Source: a virus
DNA: 64,000 nt
IMG/VR virus record: IMGVR_UViG_3300042114_000252
Direction: 5' to 3' (one strand)
A model generated the notes under the pieces. It did not search any database, was not told the DNA's origin, and worked only from the letters and a program-made list of their open reading frames with translations. Below, piece by piece: positions 39,088 to 49,616 of the stretch. The position numbers and the translations under genes are program-made. Position 1 is the stretch's first letter. Every line of letters begins with the position of its first letter.

Positions 39088-40656
39088 TTAACACTTTAAT
39101 TCAAAATCACTAAAATACGATTCTTTGTTATATGGAACTTTATTTAAATAATCTTCCAATAATTTAATTCTAACATCTTGTTTAATTTTTTTTGTTTTAA
39201 ATATATTTTCTTTCAATTCTTTAAATATTGAAAAAAAACTTTTATCTTCTGAAACTACTTTATTTTTATCATCAATATTATCATTTACAGAATTAAATAC
39301 ATATAACTTTTCTATATTTTTTTTCATTTCTTCTTTATTTGGAGTAAATTCTTTTATATCACTCAATATAAACTTTCCAAAATTAAAAACTTTGTTATCA
39401 TTAATAACTATATTTTCTAATAACAAACCTATAAATTCATAGACAAAAAAATCTTTATTTTTTTCTTTTTCTTGATTATTTTCTTCTTCAATAATTCTTT
39501 TAAATAGCAAAAAATTATTTATTAAAAAATCTTCTTTTTTTATATTTTCAGACAAATTAAAAAAAGTATTTTCTAGATAAGCAATAGAAAAAGGATTTAT
39601 TACTTCTATTTTATTTAAGAAATATTTTTTATCAATACAACCACCAAAACATTTTTTACCAAATAATTCATTTATCATATTCTCACATTTTTCTTTTTCT
39701 TTGTTTAAAGAATTTTTTGATTCATAATCATTATTTAAAAAATTAGAAAAAATTATATTATTATGTATTTTGTTATAGTTTTTTACTAATTCTTTTGAAA
39801 TAAAACTTATTTGATTTATATTATTTTTGATATTAACAAACTCTTTATTTTCTTTGTTATATTTTATAATAGAACTATCTTGCTTTTTAAATAACACAAG
39901 ATATAAACGTTTATATAGATTTTCTTCTTTTTTATAATTTATTTGTTTTTTCCATACTAAAAAATCTTCATCTTCCATAATATATTTATTATATTCTTCT
40001 TTTTTTAATTCTTCTTTGATTTTTTCATATTCATTACAATAAAAAGGATATGTATTCTTTTTATTATTTTCAATCATTAAACTATAATTGTAATTTAATT
40101 CATTATATAAACTTGCACTAGTTTCTACTAAATAATTTGTGTGGCTCATAAACTTAGCAAAAACTTCAAAAATTGGAGCAATATCTTTTTGTAAAGTTTG
40201 TTCCATAGCATCACTTATTTTATTTTCTTCTTGAACCTTAGCAAACCTTGAAGTAAACAAAGAAAGATAAAATGTTGCTAACACACCAACAATAGAAAAT
40301 AATTGTGCTATAAATATAATATAATATGAAATCTTTGATTCTAATTTAATTTTAGAATCCAACTTAGAGCTAAACTTATCTAATTCTTTTAATACTAAAT
40401 AATTACCATCATTCATAAATTCTTGTTTTTTAATGTTTGTTGGAATATTTTCTTGTTGCTTATCTACATAGTTTATTAACTTTTCTTTTATTTCTAAATT
40501 TTCTGTCAATGAATATTTAGCATCAGTTTTTACTAAAACTTCATTATCAAAAGAATAATTTAAGTAATAAAATGTTGTTACAAACATTAAAAAAAATGAA
40601 ACTAATGATATTTTAATTGTTTTAATAAAAGAAGTATTTTGATTGTTATTTTCCAT
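39088..40656 (-). CDS. Two-TM membrane protein with extracytoplasmic loop and long cytoplasmic tail
   Basis: Hydrophobic segments near aa 15-33 and 110-133. Confidence 0.7.
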   Translation of the reverse strand: MENNNQNTSFIKTIKISLVSFFLMFVTTFYYLNYSFDNEVLVKTDAKYSLTENLEIKEKLINYVDKQQENIPTNIKKQEFMNDGNYLVLKELDKFSSKLDSKIKLESKISYYIIFIAQLFSIVGVLATFYLSLFTSRFAKVQEENKISDAMEQTLQKDIAPIFEVFAKFMSHTNYLVETSASLYNELNYNYSLMIENNKKNTYPFYCNEYEKIKEELKKEEYNKYIMEDEDFLVWKKQINYKKEENLYKRLYLVLFKKQDSSIIKYNKENKEFVNIKNNINQISFISKELVKNYNKIHNNIIFSNFLNNDYESKNSLNKEKEKCENMINELFGKKCFGGCIDKKYFLNKIEVINPFSIAYLENTFFNLSENIKKEDFLINNFLLFKRIIEEENNQEKEKNKDFFVYEFIGLLLENIVINDNKVFNFGKFILSDIKEFTPNKEEMKKNIEKLYVFNSVNDNIDDKNKVVSEDKSFFSIFKELKENIFKTKKIKQDVRIKLLEDYLNKVPYNKESYFSDFELKC

Positions 40657-40748
40657 TATATAAGTTCCTTATTTTTTTATATAAAATATTAAGAACTTAT
40701 TTTAATTATTTATTAAAATATGTATTTAATAAATAATTATACAAAAGC

Positions 40749-42080
40749 TTATTTTTTTAAATTATTATTTTTTATTTTATCTTTTTTTAATTCCAAACTA
40801 GAAAAAACAACTTCTTTAGTTAAAAAACATCCTTCTCCATTTTCACCCTCTTCATATTCAAAAGAACCTAAATCTACTTCTATTTTTCTATTTAAATAAT
40901 CTTCTATTCCAGTAATTCTTTCTATTACTTTTTCTTTTAAAGAATTTTTAAATTGTTGCCAAACTCCTAAATCATTCATAATGGATTTAGCATATTTCAT
41001 TGAAAAATAATTTATTGAGAACCTTGTAGTATCATTTTGTTCATTATAACTTAAAGATACTTTTAAATGAGGGAAAACATTATACTTATATAATAAATAT
41101 TCCTTATTATTTTCTTTTTTTAACTTACCCTCTTGTTCTAACTTTAATAATTCATTAAAGTTAGGATTTTTATCTATTTTTTCTCTTAATTTATTATCTG
41201 CATTTAAAACTATTTCTTTAATCATCAAAGAAGGAGTTCTTTTTATATAAATAAAACCTTCTTCTTCCAACTCTTCTAATATTTTTTTTAAATTAGCAGA
41301 ATTTACTTTTTTAAAAAAAAGCTCTGCAAAAGCTTTTATATTTTTTACAGAAGAAAAAACACCACAAGTCAAACTTTCCTTAACTGCCTCTTTTGTAATT
41401 ACATCAAATTCCTTAGATAAAACAATTATATTTTTTATACTATATTTATTTATTTGTTCATCATCGTACCCATAAGTATTACTATTATATTTTGAAAAAT
41501 CTAAATCTTCACCTAAATAATCTATTTTAGAAATCCCATGTTCTATTTTTGAAAAACTAGTGTCACCAATTTTAGGCAAAAATCCTGTTCTATTTACATT
41601 TTTATCTTTTTTATATAGTTCAGATTGTATTTTATAAAATTCTGTTAATTTTAAAATATTTACATTTGAATTATTTATAGAAAGCTCTTTTTGATATTTT
41701 TCTATAAATAATTCATCATAATTTTTTATATTATTTTTTATTTCTTCTTTATTCCAAACACCAAATAATAGTTCTAAAAAATATGAATTTGAAACATTAT
41801 TTAAACTACTACTATTACTTATTCCTACATTAACTAAAAAATCTATTTTTTTTGTTTCTATAGCATAATTTAAAATCTCAAAAAATTCTTTTTTATAACT
41901 CCTCATTAAGCATAAACATATAAAAAAGAAATTTTCATTATCAGAAAGGGTTTTTCCATAACTACCATTCAAAAATTCTAAACTTTGTTCATCTATATAT
42001 TTTTTAAATAAATCTACTTCTTTTTTATTTGTTTTGGCAACAAATAAATAACTTTTACTACTTTTATCATTTATTTTCAT
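40749..42080 (-). CDS. Hypothetical protein
   Basis: ORF track, 443 aa. Confidence 0.8.
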   Translation of the reverse strand: MKINDKSSKSYLFVAKTNKKEVDLFKKYIDEQSLEFLNGSYGKTLSDNENFFFICLCLMRSYKKEFFEILNYAIETKKIDFLVNVGISNSSSLNNVSNSYFLELLFGVWNKEEIKNNIKNYDELFIEKYQKELSINNSNVNILKLTEFYKIQSELYKKDKNVNRTGFLPKIGDTSFSKIEHGISKIDYLGEDLDFSKYNSNTYGYDDEQINKYSIKNIIVLSKEFDVITKEAVKESLTCGVFSSVKNIKAFAELFFKKVNSANLKKILEELEEEGFIYIKRTPSLMIKEIVLNADNKLREKIDKNPNFNELLKLEQEGKLKKENNKEYLLYKYNVFPHLKVSLSYNEQNDTTRFSINYFSMKYAKSIMNDLGVWQQFKNSLKEKVIERITGIEDYLNRKIEVDLGSFEYEEGENGEGCFLTKEVVFSSLELKKDKIKNNNLKK

Positions 42081-42163
42081 ATTTTATAATTCCTTTTACA
42101 TATTTTATATATGGTATATTATATATAAAATAACTTTAATTTTGTTGAATTTATAAATAATAA

Positions 42164-42853
42164 TTAAACTATATCTATTTCCAAAACTTCCTGTTGAAAA
42201 ACATTCATTGTACCTAATTCTATAGCAGTTAATTTATTCCCATACACACAACCAGTATCAATTCCATAATATTGTTTATTTTCATCTATTAACACTTCAT
42301 TAAAATTACAATGCCCAAACACATTCACTATGCCTTTATCTAATAAAAGAATATCTTCCCAATCTTCTTTATAAGAATCATTATCTATCCTGTTTGACAT
42401 TAAAGACTTTTTACTTTTTTCAACATCTTTTCTTTTATAATATGGTAATCCATAACCATGAGTAATAAAATAAGTTATTCCATTAATTTCTTTTTCTATA
42501 TATGAAGGTAATTCTTCAACCCATTTTATATGTTTATCAATTATTTTTAAATTATTTCTATAATTTTCTATTGTTTTAATACCACCCCAAGAAGGATGGT
42601 TAGACCAATTTGATATTTTTTTATTTCTAAATAAAACATCCCTAATATAATTATAAAACAAATACTCATGATTACCTAAAACACATTGAAAATTATTGTT
42701 TATTACATATTCCATAGTGTTTAATGGATAATTCCCTTTATCCATTAAATCACCTACAAATATTAAATCTTTTTCTTTTGGTAATTGCTCCAATAATTTT
42801 AATAATGTGTTAAAACATCCATGAACATCACCTATTACATATGTTTTTTTCAT
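42164..42853 (-). CDS. Calcineurin-like metallophosphoesterase (Ser/Thr protein phosphatase family)
   Basis: GDVHG, GDLMDKG, GNHE and IDTGCVYG. Confidence 0.93.
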   Translation of the reverse strand: MKKTYVIGDVHGCFNTLLKLLEQLPKEKDLIFVGDLMDKGNYPLNTMEYVINNNFQCVLGNHEYLFYNYIRDVLFRNKKISNWSNHPSWGGIKTIENYRNNLKIIDKHIKWVEELPSYIEKEINGITYFITHGYGLPYYKRKDVEKSKKSLMSNRIDNDSYKEDWEDILLLDKGIVNVFGHCNFNEVLIDENKQYYGIDTGCVYGNKLTAIELGTMNVFQQEVLEIDIV

Positions 42854-43398
42854 TATATTTTTCTTCCATATATATTCTTTAATTTTAACACAATTAGATA
42901 TTTAATCACTAAAAAAAGTATCAACACAACTAAAATTGCTTTCCAAGCAAAACTAAATAGATTAGCATAAGGTTTATATGTTGCAGCATCTAATCTTTCA
43001 GCTCTTATCAATTCTTGATTTAGTCTTTTTAATTCTAAAAAATAAAAATCTTTATATTTTCCATTTCCATACAAAACAGGGTAAAAAAGGGCTTCTTGTT
43101 TAAAAAATGAATGATAATACTTACCTTTAATATCCCAAAAGACACCATTATTACAATAATCTTCTAAAGCTTCTTTTTGAATAGTATCATATTTCATTTT
43201 ATCTAAAGAAGGATTAGCAACATTAGAACAAAAACTATATCTTACTATTTCAGAAGTAATTTCTTTAACTTTTTCACTATTTCCATAACCATTCAAAGTT
43301 CTATAATCATTTACAAAAATAAATGCCAATATAATTACAAAAAACATTACCAAATATTTTCTAATATTAATTTTTTCTAAATTGTTCTTTTCTATCAT
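42853..43398 (-). CDS. Two-TM hypothetical protein
   Basis: ORF track, 181 aa; N- and C-terminal hydrophobic segments. Confidence 0.7.
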   Translation of the reverse strand: MIEKNNLEKINIRKYLVMFFVIILAFIFVNDYRTLNGYGNSEKVKEITSEIVRYSFCSNVANPSLDKMKYDTIQKEALEDYCNNGVFWDIKGKYYHSFFKQEALFYPVLYGNGKYKDFYFLELKRLNQELIRAERLDAATYKPYANLFSFAWKAILVVLILFLVIKYLIVLKLKNIYGRKI

Positions 43399-43513
43399 TT
43401 TTTTTATTTCCTTTTTTTATATATAACATTATATGTAAAAAAGACTTAAAAAACACTTATATTTATTTGAATAATAAATGGAATCCTTTTTAAAACTTAG
43501 ATAAACAAACAAA

Positions 43514-44884
43514 TTATTTTAAGACTATATCTATACTTATATTTTCTATAGAATCATTTTCATTCATTTTAGTTATTGTTTTAATAACTTTTTTTAATAT
43601 ATCTTTATCTTTTTCTAAAATAAATGAATCTAACTTTATAGAATATTTATTTTCTTTATTTTTTTCTTTTTCTATTGGTTTTATTGAATCAAAATTTAAA
43701 TTACTTGCTTCTATTTTTTTTACATCAAAATAATATAATTCGTAATAATTATTATTTATATCAAAAATAATATGTTGAATATTTTCTATATTTTCTTTTT
43801 GAATATTCGAAATTGAAATATTAGACTTTAAATAATTTATTCCTACTTCTTTCATAATTTCCATTATAAACTGTTCTAAAGACATATCAACATCTTCTTT
43901 ATATTTTTCTATTTTTTCTTGACTAACAACACCACCTAACATCAAATTTTCTATTAAACAAGCTAAACTAAATGAAAAATAAAAACAATAAACAATATTA
44001 TTTGTTTCTTTTTCATATACAACTACTTTTTTATATTTTTTATCACAACTAAGAGGATTGTCTAAAAAAATCTTATCCATATCTATTTTAGAATCTTTTT
44101 CTATACCTATTTTTTCTACTTCAAAATATCTACCCATATTAACTAACATTTTTGAAGCTATATTTTTATCATTTATTAGTTTTTCAATAGTATTTTCATT
44201 TTCAATTCCAAAAACACTTTTTTTATTAATAAACTTTTTTTCTATTTCTAATCTTTCCATTACTTCTAAAGCAGTTAAACCAAAGAAAAATTCATTATTT
44301 AGAGTTCCATCTTTTTTAATTCTATAATCTATAAATAATAAATTATATTTTTTATTATTTATTAAAAGTGTTAAATCTGTTATAACATCTTCATTTTTTA
44401 TTGTAAGATTATAATTATTTAATTGGATATGAGAAACACTTGTTTCTATTTCTAAATTATCAGCCATAACTAAAAAATCTTTATTAAATATGAATTTTAA
44501 ATTTTCTTCTATTTCATCAAATTCTATCATATTTTCATCTTTTAATTCACCTATTCCACCTAAACTAAAATATTCTATTAAACAAGCCAAATCCAAAGAA
44601 ATAAAAAAAGTAAACATTAATTTATTATCAATTTTATTTTTTATATTGAGTTTTTTAAAATATTTATTTTCTACTTTTGTATTAATAAAATTTAATATAT
44701 TTGTTTCTACAATAGAAACACTTGTACTAATACACTCCTCTAAAGACTTTATTATTTTTTGATTTTGTGACTCAATATAATATTCAAGATTAATTTTTTC
44801 TATTCTATTTTTTATATATAAATAATTATCTAAATCTTCTTTTTTTATATGAAATGGTTTTGTGGTGGTATTTTTTTCTATCAT
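43514..44884 (-). CDS. Protein with two FliY-N/CheC-like domains
   Basis: Internal duplication LACLIEYFSLGGIGELK / LACLIENLMLGGVVSQE; resembles the Campylobacterota FliY N-domain from recall. Confidence 0.5.
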   Translation of the reverse strand: MIEKNTTTKPFHIKKEDLDNYLYIKNRIEKINLEYYIESQNQKIIKSLEECISTSVSIVETNILNFINTKVENKYFKKLNIKNKIDNKLMFTFFISLDLACLIEYFSLGGIGELKDENMIEFDEIEENLKFIFNKDFLVMADNLEIETSVSHIQLNNYNLTIKNEDVITDLTLLINNKKYNLLFIDYRIKKDGTLNNEFFFGLTALEVMERLEIEKKFINKKSVFGIENENTIEKLINDKNIASKMLVNMGRYFEVEKIGIEKDSKIDMDKIFLDNPLSCDKKYKKVVVYEKETNNIVYCFYFSFSLACLIENLMLGGVVSQEKIEKYKEDVDMSLEQFIMEIMKEVGINYLKSNISISNIQKENIENIQHIIFDINNNYYELYYFDVKKIEASNLNFDSIKPIEKEKNKENKYSIKLDSFILEKDKDILKKVIKTITKMNENDSIENISIDIVLK

Positions 44885-44890
44885 TGTTTT

Positions 44891-45121
44891 TTACTTCCTT
44901 ATTTTAATTATGTTACTATGTACCATTTGTAAAATCCTATATAAGTCATCCTTATCGTAACCACTTACTGTATCATCTTCAAATAAGATATTTACTCTAT
45001 GAGGAAGAACTTTTACTGATTTTATTTTATCTTTTGAAAAATATTCTTGTAAACTATTTAAATACATTTGATTACATGAATCAATATGATTAACTTTATT
45101 TGTTTTTATTTCATATAACAT
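44891..45121 (-). CDS. Hypothetical protein
   Basis: ORF track, 76 aa. Confidence 0.6.
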   Translation of the reverse strand: MLYEIKTNKVNHIDSCNQMYLNSLQEYFSKDKIKSVKVLPHRVNILFEDDTVSGYDKDDLYRILQMVHSNIIKIRK

Positions 45122-45146
45122 ATTTTACTTCCTTATTTTAAATTTA

Positions 45147-45878
45147 TTAAATTATTTCTATGTTTATTTCATCAAAATAAGATATTGATTTCACATTAAG
45201 ATTTTCTATTATATTTTGTAAAATAGAATTATCTTCCTTTATATCTTCTTTTTTTATTTTTATATTTATTTTTGTGGATTTTCTTTTATCATTTATATAA
45301 TATTCTTCTTTTTTATCATTATTAATTTCTTTTTTCATATATTCTGGATATTTAATCAATCCTCTTAAAACATTATCTACATTATTTAATTCTTTATCTA
45401 CCCTATAATCTATATAAAATAATTCATAATTTTCTCCATTAATAAACAATTGCAATCTATTTAAGTAAGAATTTTTTGCTCTAAATGTATCTTTATTTAT
45501 TTTTCCATTTGAAATAATATTTTCTATATTCAAAAAACAATCTAAATCTAGCATTTTTATATCAAAAACTTCTTGTAAGCAATCATGTATTTCATTATCA
45601 AATATAATATTATTACTATCTTTTAATTCACCTATTCCAGCCAAACAAAGGTATTCTATTAAAGAAGCTAATCTATTAGAAACAAAAATCGAAAATATAG
45701 TTTCTTTATTATATTGATTTACAAAACTTATTTTTTTTGTTTCTGGAATTAACATTACTTCTAAATCTTCATAAGTAAATGAATAATTTGTAACTAATTC
45801 TACACCTGTGCTAACATATAGTTCCAATCTATCAATTATTTTTTTTTCTATATTTTTATTATATTCTATCATATCCAT
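45147..45878 (-). CDS. FliY-N/CheC-like domain protein, paralogue of 43514..44884
   Basis: FSIFVSNRLASLIEYLCLAGIGELKDSNNIIFDNEIHDCLQEV. Confidence 0.55.
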   Translation of the reverse strand: MDMIEYNKNIEKKIIDRLELYVSTGVELVTNYSFTYEDLEVMLIPETKKISFVNQYNKETIFSIFVSNRLASLIEYLCLAGIGELKDSNNIIFDNEIHDCLQEVFDIKMLDLDCFLNIENIISNGKINKDTFRAKNSYLNRLQLFINGENYELFYIDYRVDKELNNVDNVLRGLIKYPEYMKKEINNDKKEEYYINDKRKSTKINIKIKKEDIKEDNSILQNIIENLNVKSISYFDEINIEII

Positions 45879-45920
45879 TTATTTATTTTCCCTTATTTTT
45901 TTTAACACATTATATATATA

Positions 45921-46232
45921 TTAAGAGTTGATTTTAAACAACCAATATTTTAATTCTTCATCTATATTTTCTATATTTAAATCATCTTTTCCACAAACTA
46001 CATTATTTTCTTTTAATATAAAAAAGCTATATTTATTATATATATCAAACATAACTTCTATATATAAATCCATTTCTTTATATTTCCCCCAATATATATA
46101 ATCCAATTTCTCCTTTTCCAGAAACCATAATTTTTGGACACTCTATTTGGTTTTCATTTAATATGTTTAAAAATAATTCACAAGTAATTATTATATCATT
46201 AGAAGGACATATATATTCCACCATAACCGTCC
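45921..46232 (-). pseudogene. 3' remnant of a (W)DGYGG...GEIGLYW-type gene, cut by the tnpB element and frameshifted twice
   Basis: DGYGGI, PSNDIIITCELFL...GEIGLY and WGKYKEMDLYIEV lie in three successive frames. Confidence 0.55.
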
Positions 46233-46344
46233 GGTCAATTATTTTATAAAATATCTATAAAATACTATAAAAATTATAGATATTTTATTATATTTTTTGT
46301 ACAGACCGTTATTTGTACACACCTACTATTTTGTAAAATATATA
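46231..46344 (-). ncRNA. Putative omegaRNA scaffold, 3' part (copy 1)
   Basis: TGTACA hairpin whose loop CGGTC can pair with terminal GACCG; 13-bp stem AAAATATCTATAA/TTATAGATATTTT. Confidence 0.6.
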
Positions 46345-47862
46345 TTATAATAATATTTTACAAAACTCATAGTTACTTTTGATTTTTACAGGGTTACAGA
46401 TTTTGTGTTTATGTTTTATAAGCCAGTCATAGTTAGTTCTGTTATCAGTTCCAACCTTTATATGATTAGCACTTGCAGACATATCACAATTCCATTCAAA
46501 ATATCCCATTTTTTTCATATTTTTTTTATAAAGATTTTTATTCTTAAATGTTTTTTTTTGTGTAATATTGTTAGTGTATAAACCACGTTTTGCGCGTTTC
46601 CCGTTCGAAACATTAGCAAAACCTTGTTTTTGAGCACCAACTACATCAGAAAAAACTGATTCTTTACTTGTATAAGCCTCATCTATTACATGAACTCTGA
46701 TTCCCACTTCATTACACTTCTCCTCTATTAATTTTAATAACTTACCAAATGGAATTTGATAAAATTGTTGTTTAGTACTTTTTCTTTGTTTGAAAGTTTC
46801 TTTATCTTCTTTTTTAGTGTTCTTTAAAAATGATAAATTTTTACTTATGTAAAAATCTGACACATTTGCTTTTAATAAAAATTCTACAACTCTTTTACTT
46901 ATTGCATGGAATTCTGAATAGTAATAATTACTTCTGTTAGCTAGATTTTGTTTTCTTTTTTTATTTATTTGAATACCTATTTCGTCATATTCGGGATAAT
47001 ATTTATGAGGATATAATTCGATTAAAGTTGTATGTTTAGATAATTCTTTTTGAAGATCATCATTATTTTTGTTGAATTGATAGTTTTTATATTTTATAGG
47101 TTTACCGTCATAAATTATTGATTTTGTTTCTGTATCTTCTACAAAAATTGACAACAAGTTATTTATTCCTACATCACAACCAGCATTTTTTCTAACACTA
47201 TTGTTAAATTCTCCAGTAGTTGCATTATATAAAAGAGATAGTTTATTTAATTCTAATTCTTGATAAACATATGATATATTAACCCAATATTCTCCATTTG
47301 TATATGAAAAATTTACTGCTTGAATACTTTTTTCATTGAAAATAATTCTTGAAATATTTTTATTGTTTATGTAAAAATATTTCATTTTTTTACCAAGATT
47401 TATTCCTATCTTTTTTTTATCTTTTTGTTTCAAAGACCACTTTGTTTGATCTAGTGGCAAACTCCATCTGTTAATTTGTGAAAGTCTTTTAGGTTGAATG
47501 AAATTGCTTTTTATTCCTTGTTTTAGGTTTGTTAAGTGCTTTTTAAAGTCCCCATTTAACCTTTCTAATAAAGTTGCTATATTATGGGAGTTAAGAACTT
47601 CACAAACTTTTTGCATAGGTTCTAATGTTTCTTTATATTTTTGTTTAAAAACATTTACTTCTTCTTCTTTTTTACCACCTTTTGTTTTAAATAAGGCTGG
47701 ACGCATAAAACTTTTGTTTAAAAAATTAAAATCATTATGTTTTTTAAATGCAATTAATATCATATTTTCTAAATGTTTGTATTGAAAAAGAATCTTATGT
47801 GTTTCTTCGTCCCCATTTATTCGCATTTTTAATGTTTTGTATTTTTTATTATTAGATCTCAT
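46345..47862 (-). CDS. tnpB: TnpB RNA-guided nuclease with rearranged RuvC-II
   Basis: RuvC-I GCDVGINN, DEAYTSK, GKRAKRGLY and RuvC-III NCDMSASAN. Confidence 0.9.
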   Translation of the reverse strand: MRSNNKKYKTLKMRINGDEETHKILFQYKHLENMILIAFKKHNDFNFLNKSFMRPALFKTKGGKKEEEVNVFKQKYKETLEPMQKVCEVLNSHNIATLLERLNGDFKKHLTNLKQGIKSNFIQPKRLSQINRWSLPLDQTKWSLKQKDKKKIGINLGKKMKYFYINNKNISRIIFNEKSIQAVNFSYTNGEYWVNISYVYQELELNKLSLLYNATTGEFNNSVRKNAGCDVGINNLLSIFVEDTETKSIIYDGKPIKYKNYQFNKNNDDLQKELSKHTTLIELYPHKYYPEYDEIGIQINKKRKQNLANRSNYYYSEFHAISKRVVEFLLKANVSDFYISKNLSFLKNTKKEDKETFKQRKSTKQQFYQIPFGKLLKLIEEKCNEVGIRVHVIDEAYTSKESVFSDVVGAQKQGFANVSNGKRAKRGLYTNNITQKKTFKNKNLYKKNMKKMGYFEWNCDMSASANHIKVGTDNRTNYDWLIKHKHKICNPVKIKSNYEFCKILL

Positions 47863-47924
47863 GTTTATATTATATCGTATTTTTTATTTTTTTTAAAATT
47901 TTTCCCTTTATATTTTATACCTAT

Positions 47925-48827
47925 TTATAATTCTTTGATTAACATTTCTTGCAATTCTTTAGATAAATCTTCCATTTTAGGAATAACAACATTAACAGTT
48001 ACAATCAGACTTCCATATTCTTTTGTAGATTGATTTGCCAATACTCCTTGATCTTTGATTTTAAACCTTTGATTTTGTTTCGTATTTTTTGGAATAGATA
48101 ATAACACATCTTTATATAATGTTTTTACATTTACTTTTCCACCAAAAATAGCATCTTTTAATGATATATTTATAGTCAAACTTAAATCATTTCCATTTCT
48201 TTTATATTCTTCATCTTCCAAAACATTTAAAGTTATATATAAATCTCCCCTATTTTGGCCACTATATATTCTTCCTTTTCCTTTAATTCTAAGTTTCTGT
48301 CCAGTTCTTACACCTTGGGGAATTTTTATAGAAATATTTTCATTTTGCATTGAAATTGTTTTTGTTCCTCCAATAATAGATGTTCTAAAATCAATATTTA
48401 AACTAGACTCTATATCTAAATCCTTATTTGAAAATCCCTTATTCCCAGAATATCCTCTACTAGTAAATGGATCAAACCCTTGACCTCCACCAAAACCAAA
48501 ATCTTCACCTGTTCTTTTTTTATTAAACATATTCTTTAATATATCATTTAAATCCATATCACCATAAGAAGCTTTTTGTGATTGTGAAAAATCATGAAAA
48601 TTTTGTCCACCAAAAATATTATCACCATATTGATCATATTCAGCTTTTCTTGTTTTATCTCCCAAAACTTCATAAGCAGCATTTATTTCTTTAAACTTAT
48701 CTTCTGCTTCTGGTGATTTATTTAAATCAGGATGATATTTTTTTGCTAATATTCTATATTGTTTTTTTATTTCAGCTATTGTAGCATTTTCTGCAACTTC
48801 TAATGTTTTATATAAACTTTTTGCCAT
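47925..48827 (-). CDS. cbpA: DnaJ-family co-chaperone CbpA (J domain + DnaJ_C, no zinc finger)
   Basis: HPD motif, KFKEINAAYEVL and GGQNFHDFS, typical of Campylobacterota CbpA. Confidence 0.9.
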   Translation of the reverse strand: MAKSLYKTLEVAENATIAEIKKQYRILAKKYHPDLNKSPEAEDKFKEINAAYEVLGDKTRKAEYDQYGDNIFGGQNFHDFSQSQKASYGDMDLNDILKNMFNKKRTGEDFGFGGGQGFDPFTSRGYSGNKGFSNKDLDIESSLNIDFRTSIIGGTKTISMQNENISIKIPQGVRTGQKLRIKGKGRIYSGQNRGDLYITLNVLEDEEYKRNGNDLSLTINISLKDAIFGGKVNVKTLYKDVLLSIPKNTKQNQRFKIKDQGVLANQSTKEYGSLIVTVNVVIPKMEDLSKELQEMLIKEL

Positions 48828-48842
48828 TCTTTATATACTCCT

Positions 48843-49076
48843 TTATATTTTAGTAATCATATCGTTCCATCTTCTAGTTACATTATCTATAGCATGAGGA
48901 CTTATTTTTCCACCATTATGTTGAGCTTGAGAAAAGACAGAAACTAAAAATGTTGCTGTTTCATATGATAAATTAGCATCCATTAAAATTGTTTTAAACA
49001 AAGCCTCCTTTTCCCAAACTTCTTTTATTTGAGAAATATCATCTACTGTTATTGTATATTTAGGTTCTTCTTGCAT
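48843..49076 (-). CDS. Hypothetical protein
   Basis: ORF track, 77 aa. Confidence 0.65.
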   Translation of the reverse strand: MQEEPKYTITVDDISQIKEVWEKEALFKTILMDANLSYETATFLVSVFSQAQHNGGKISPHAIDNVTRRWNDMITKI

Positions 49077-49136
49077 TTTTTTCTTTTTCCTTTATTCTTT
49101 TTTGTTTTTATATTTTAGCATTTTTTTTTTTATTAT

Positions 49137-49508
49137 TTAATAAAAATAACCTTCAGCTTTTTCATCAAATTTATCAGAAAAAACTTTTTTTGCTATTTTA
49201 AAACCATCTTCTAATTCTTTATGTTGTAATCCACCAACAACAACAAGATGAAAACCATCATATTCATCACCATTTTCGTTTCTTACACTTCTTTGACTAT
49301 TTCCAGAAATCCAACCTTCATTCCAATATATATAACAATAATTTGATTTTGCTAATTCTTCTATATTTTCAATATGTATAGGTCTATTTTCTCCACATAA
49401 AGAATCCACTTCTGATAAAACAATAGATCTAATTGTTGCATCCAAATCTTCTTTAGAACCACTAAAACACAAAAAACCATCAGTAGGTTTAAAAATTAAA
49501 AATCTCAT
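49137..49508 (-). CDS. Hypothetical protein
   Basis: ORF track, 123 aa. Confidence 0.7.
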   Translation of the reverse strand: MRFLIFKPTDGFLCFSGSKEDLDATIRSIVLSEVDSLCGENRPIHIENIEELAKSNYCYIYWNEGWISGNSQRSVRNENGDEYDGFHLVVVGGLQHKELEDGFKIAKKVFSDKFDEKAEGYFY

Positions 49509-49616
49509 TTTTTTATTTATCTCACTTTCATTAAAATTATATTTCTATTTAATGTATTATATATATTTTAACTTAATTATTGTTTAATTTAAAATATTAA
49601 TTTGTTTGTAAATATA

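Larger units (their letters stand above)
46231..47900 (-). mobile_element. Non-autonomous IS607-type tnpB element, copy 1 (left end apparently deleted)
   Basis: Right end ...AATTGACCGG is shared with copy 2; upstream similarity to copy 2 stops near 47900; no tnpA. Confidence 0.75.
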
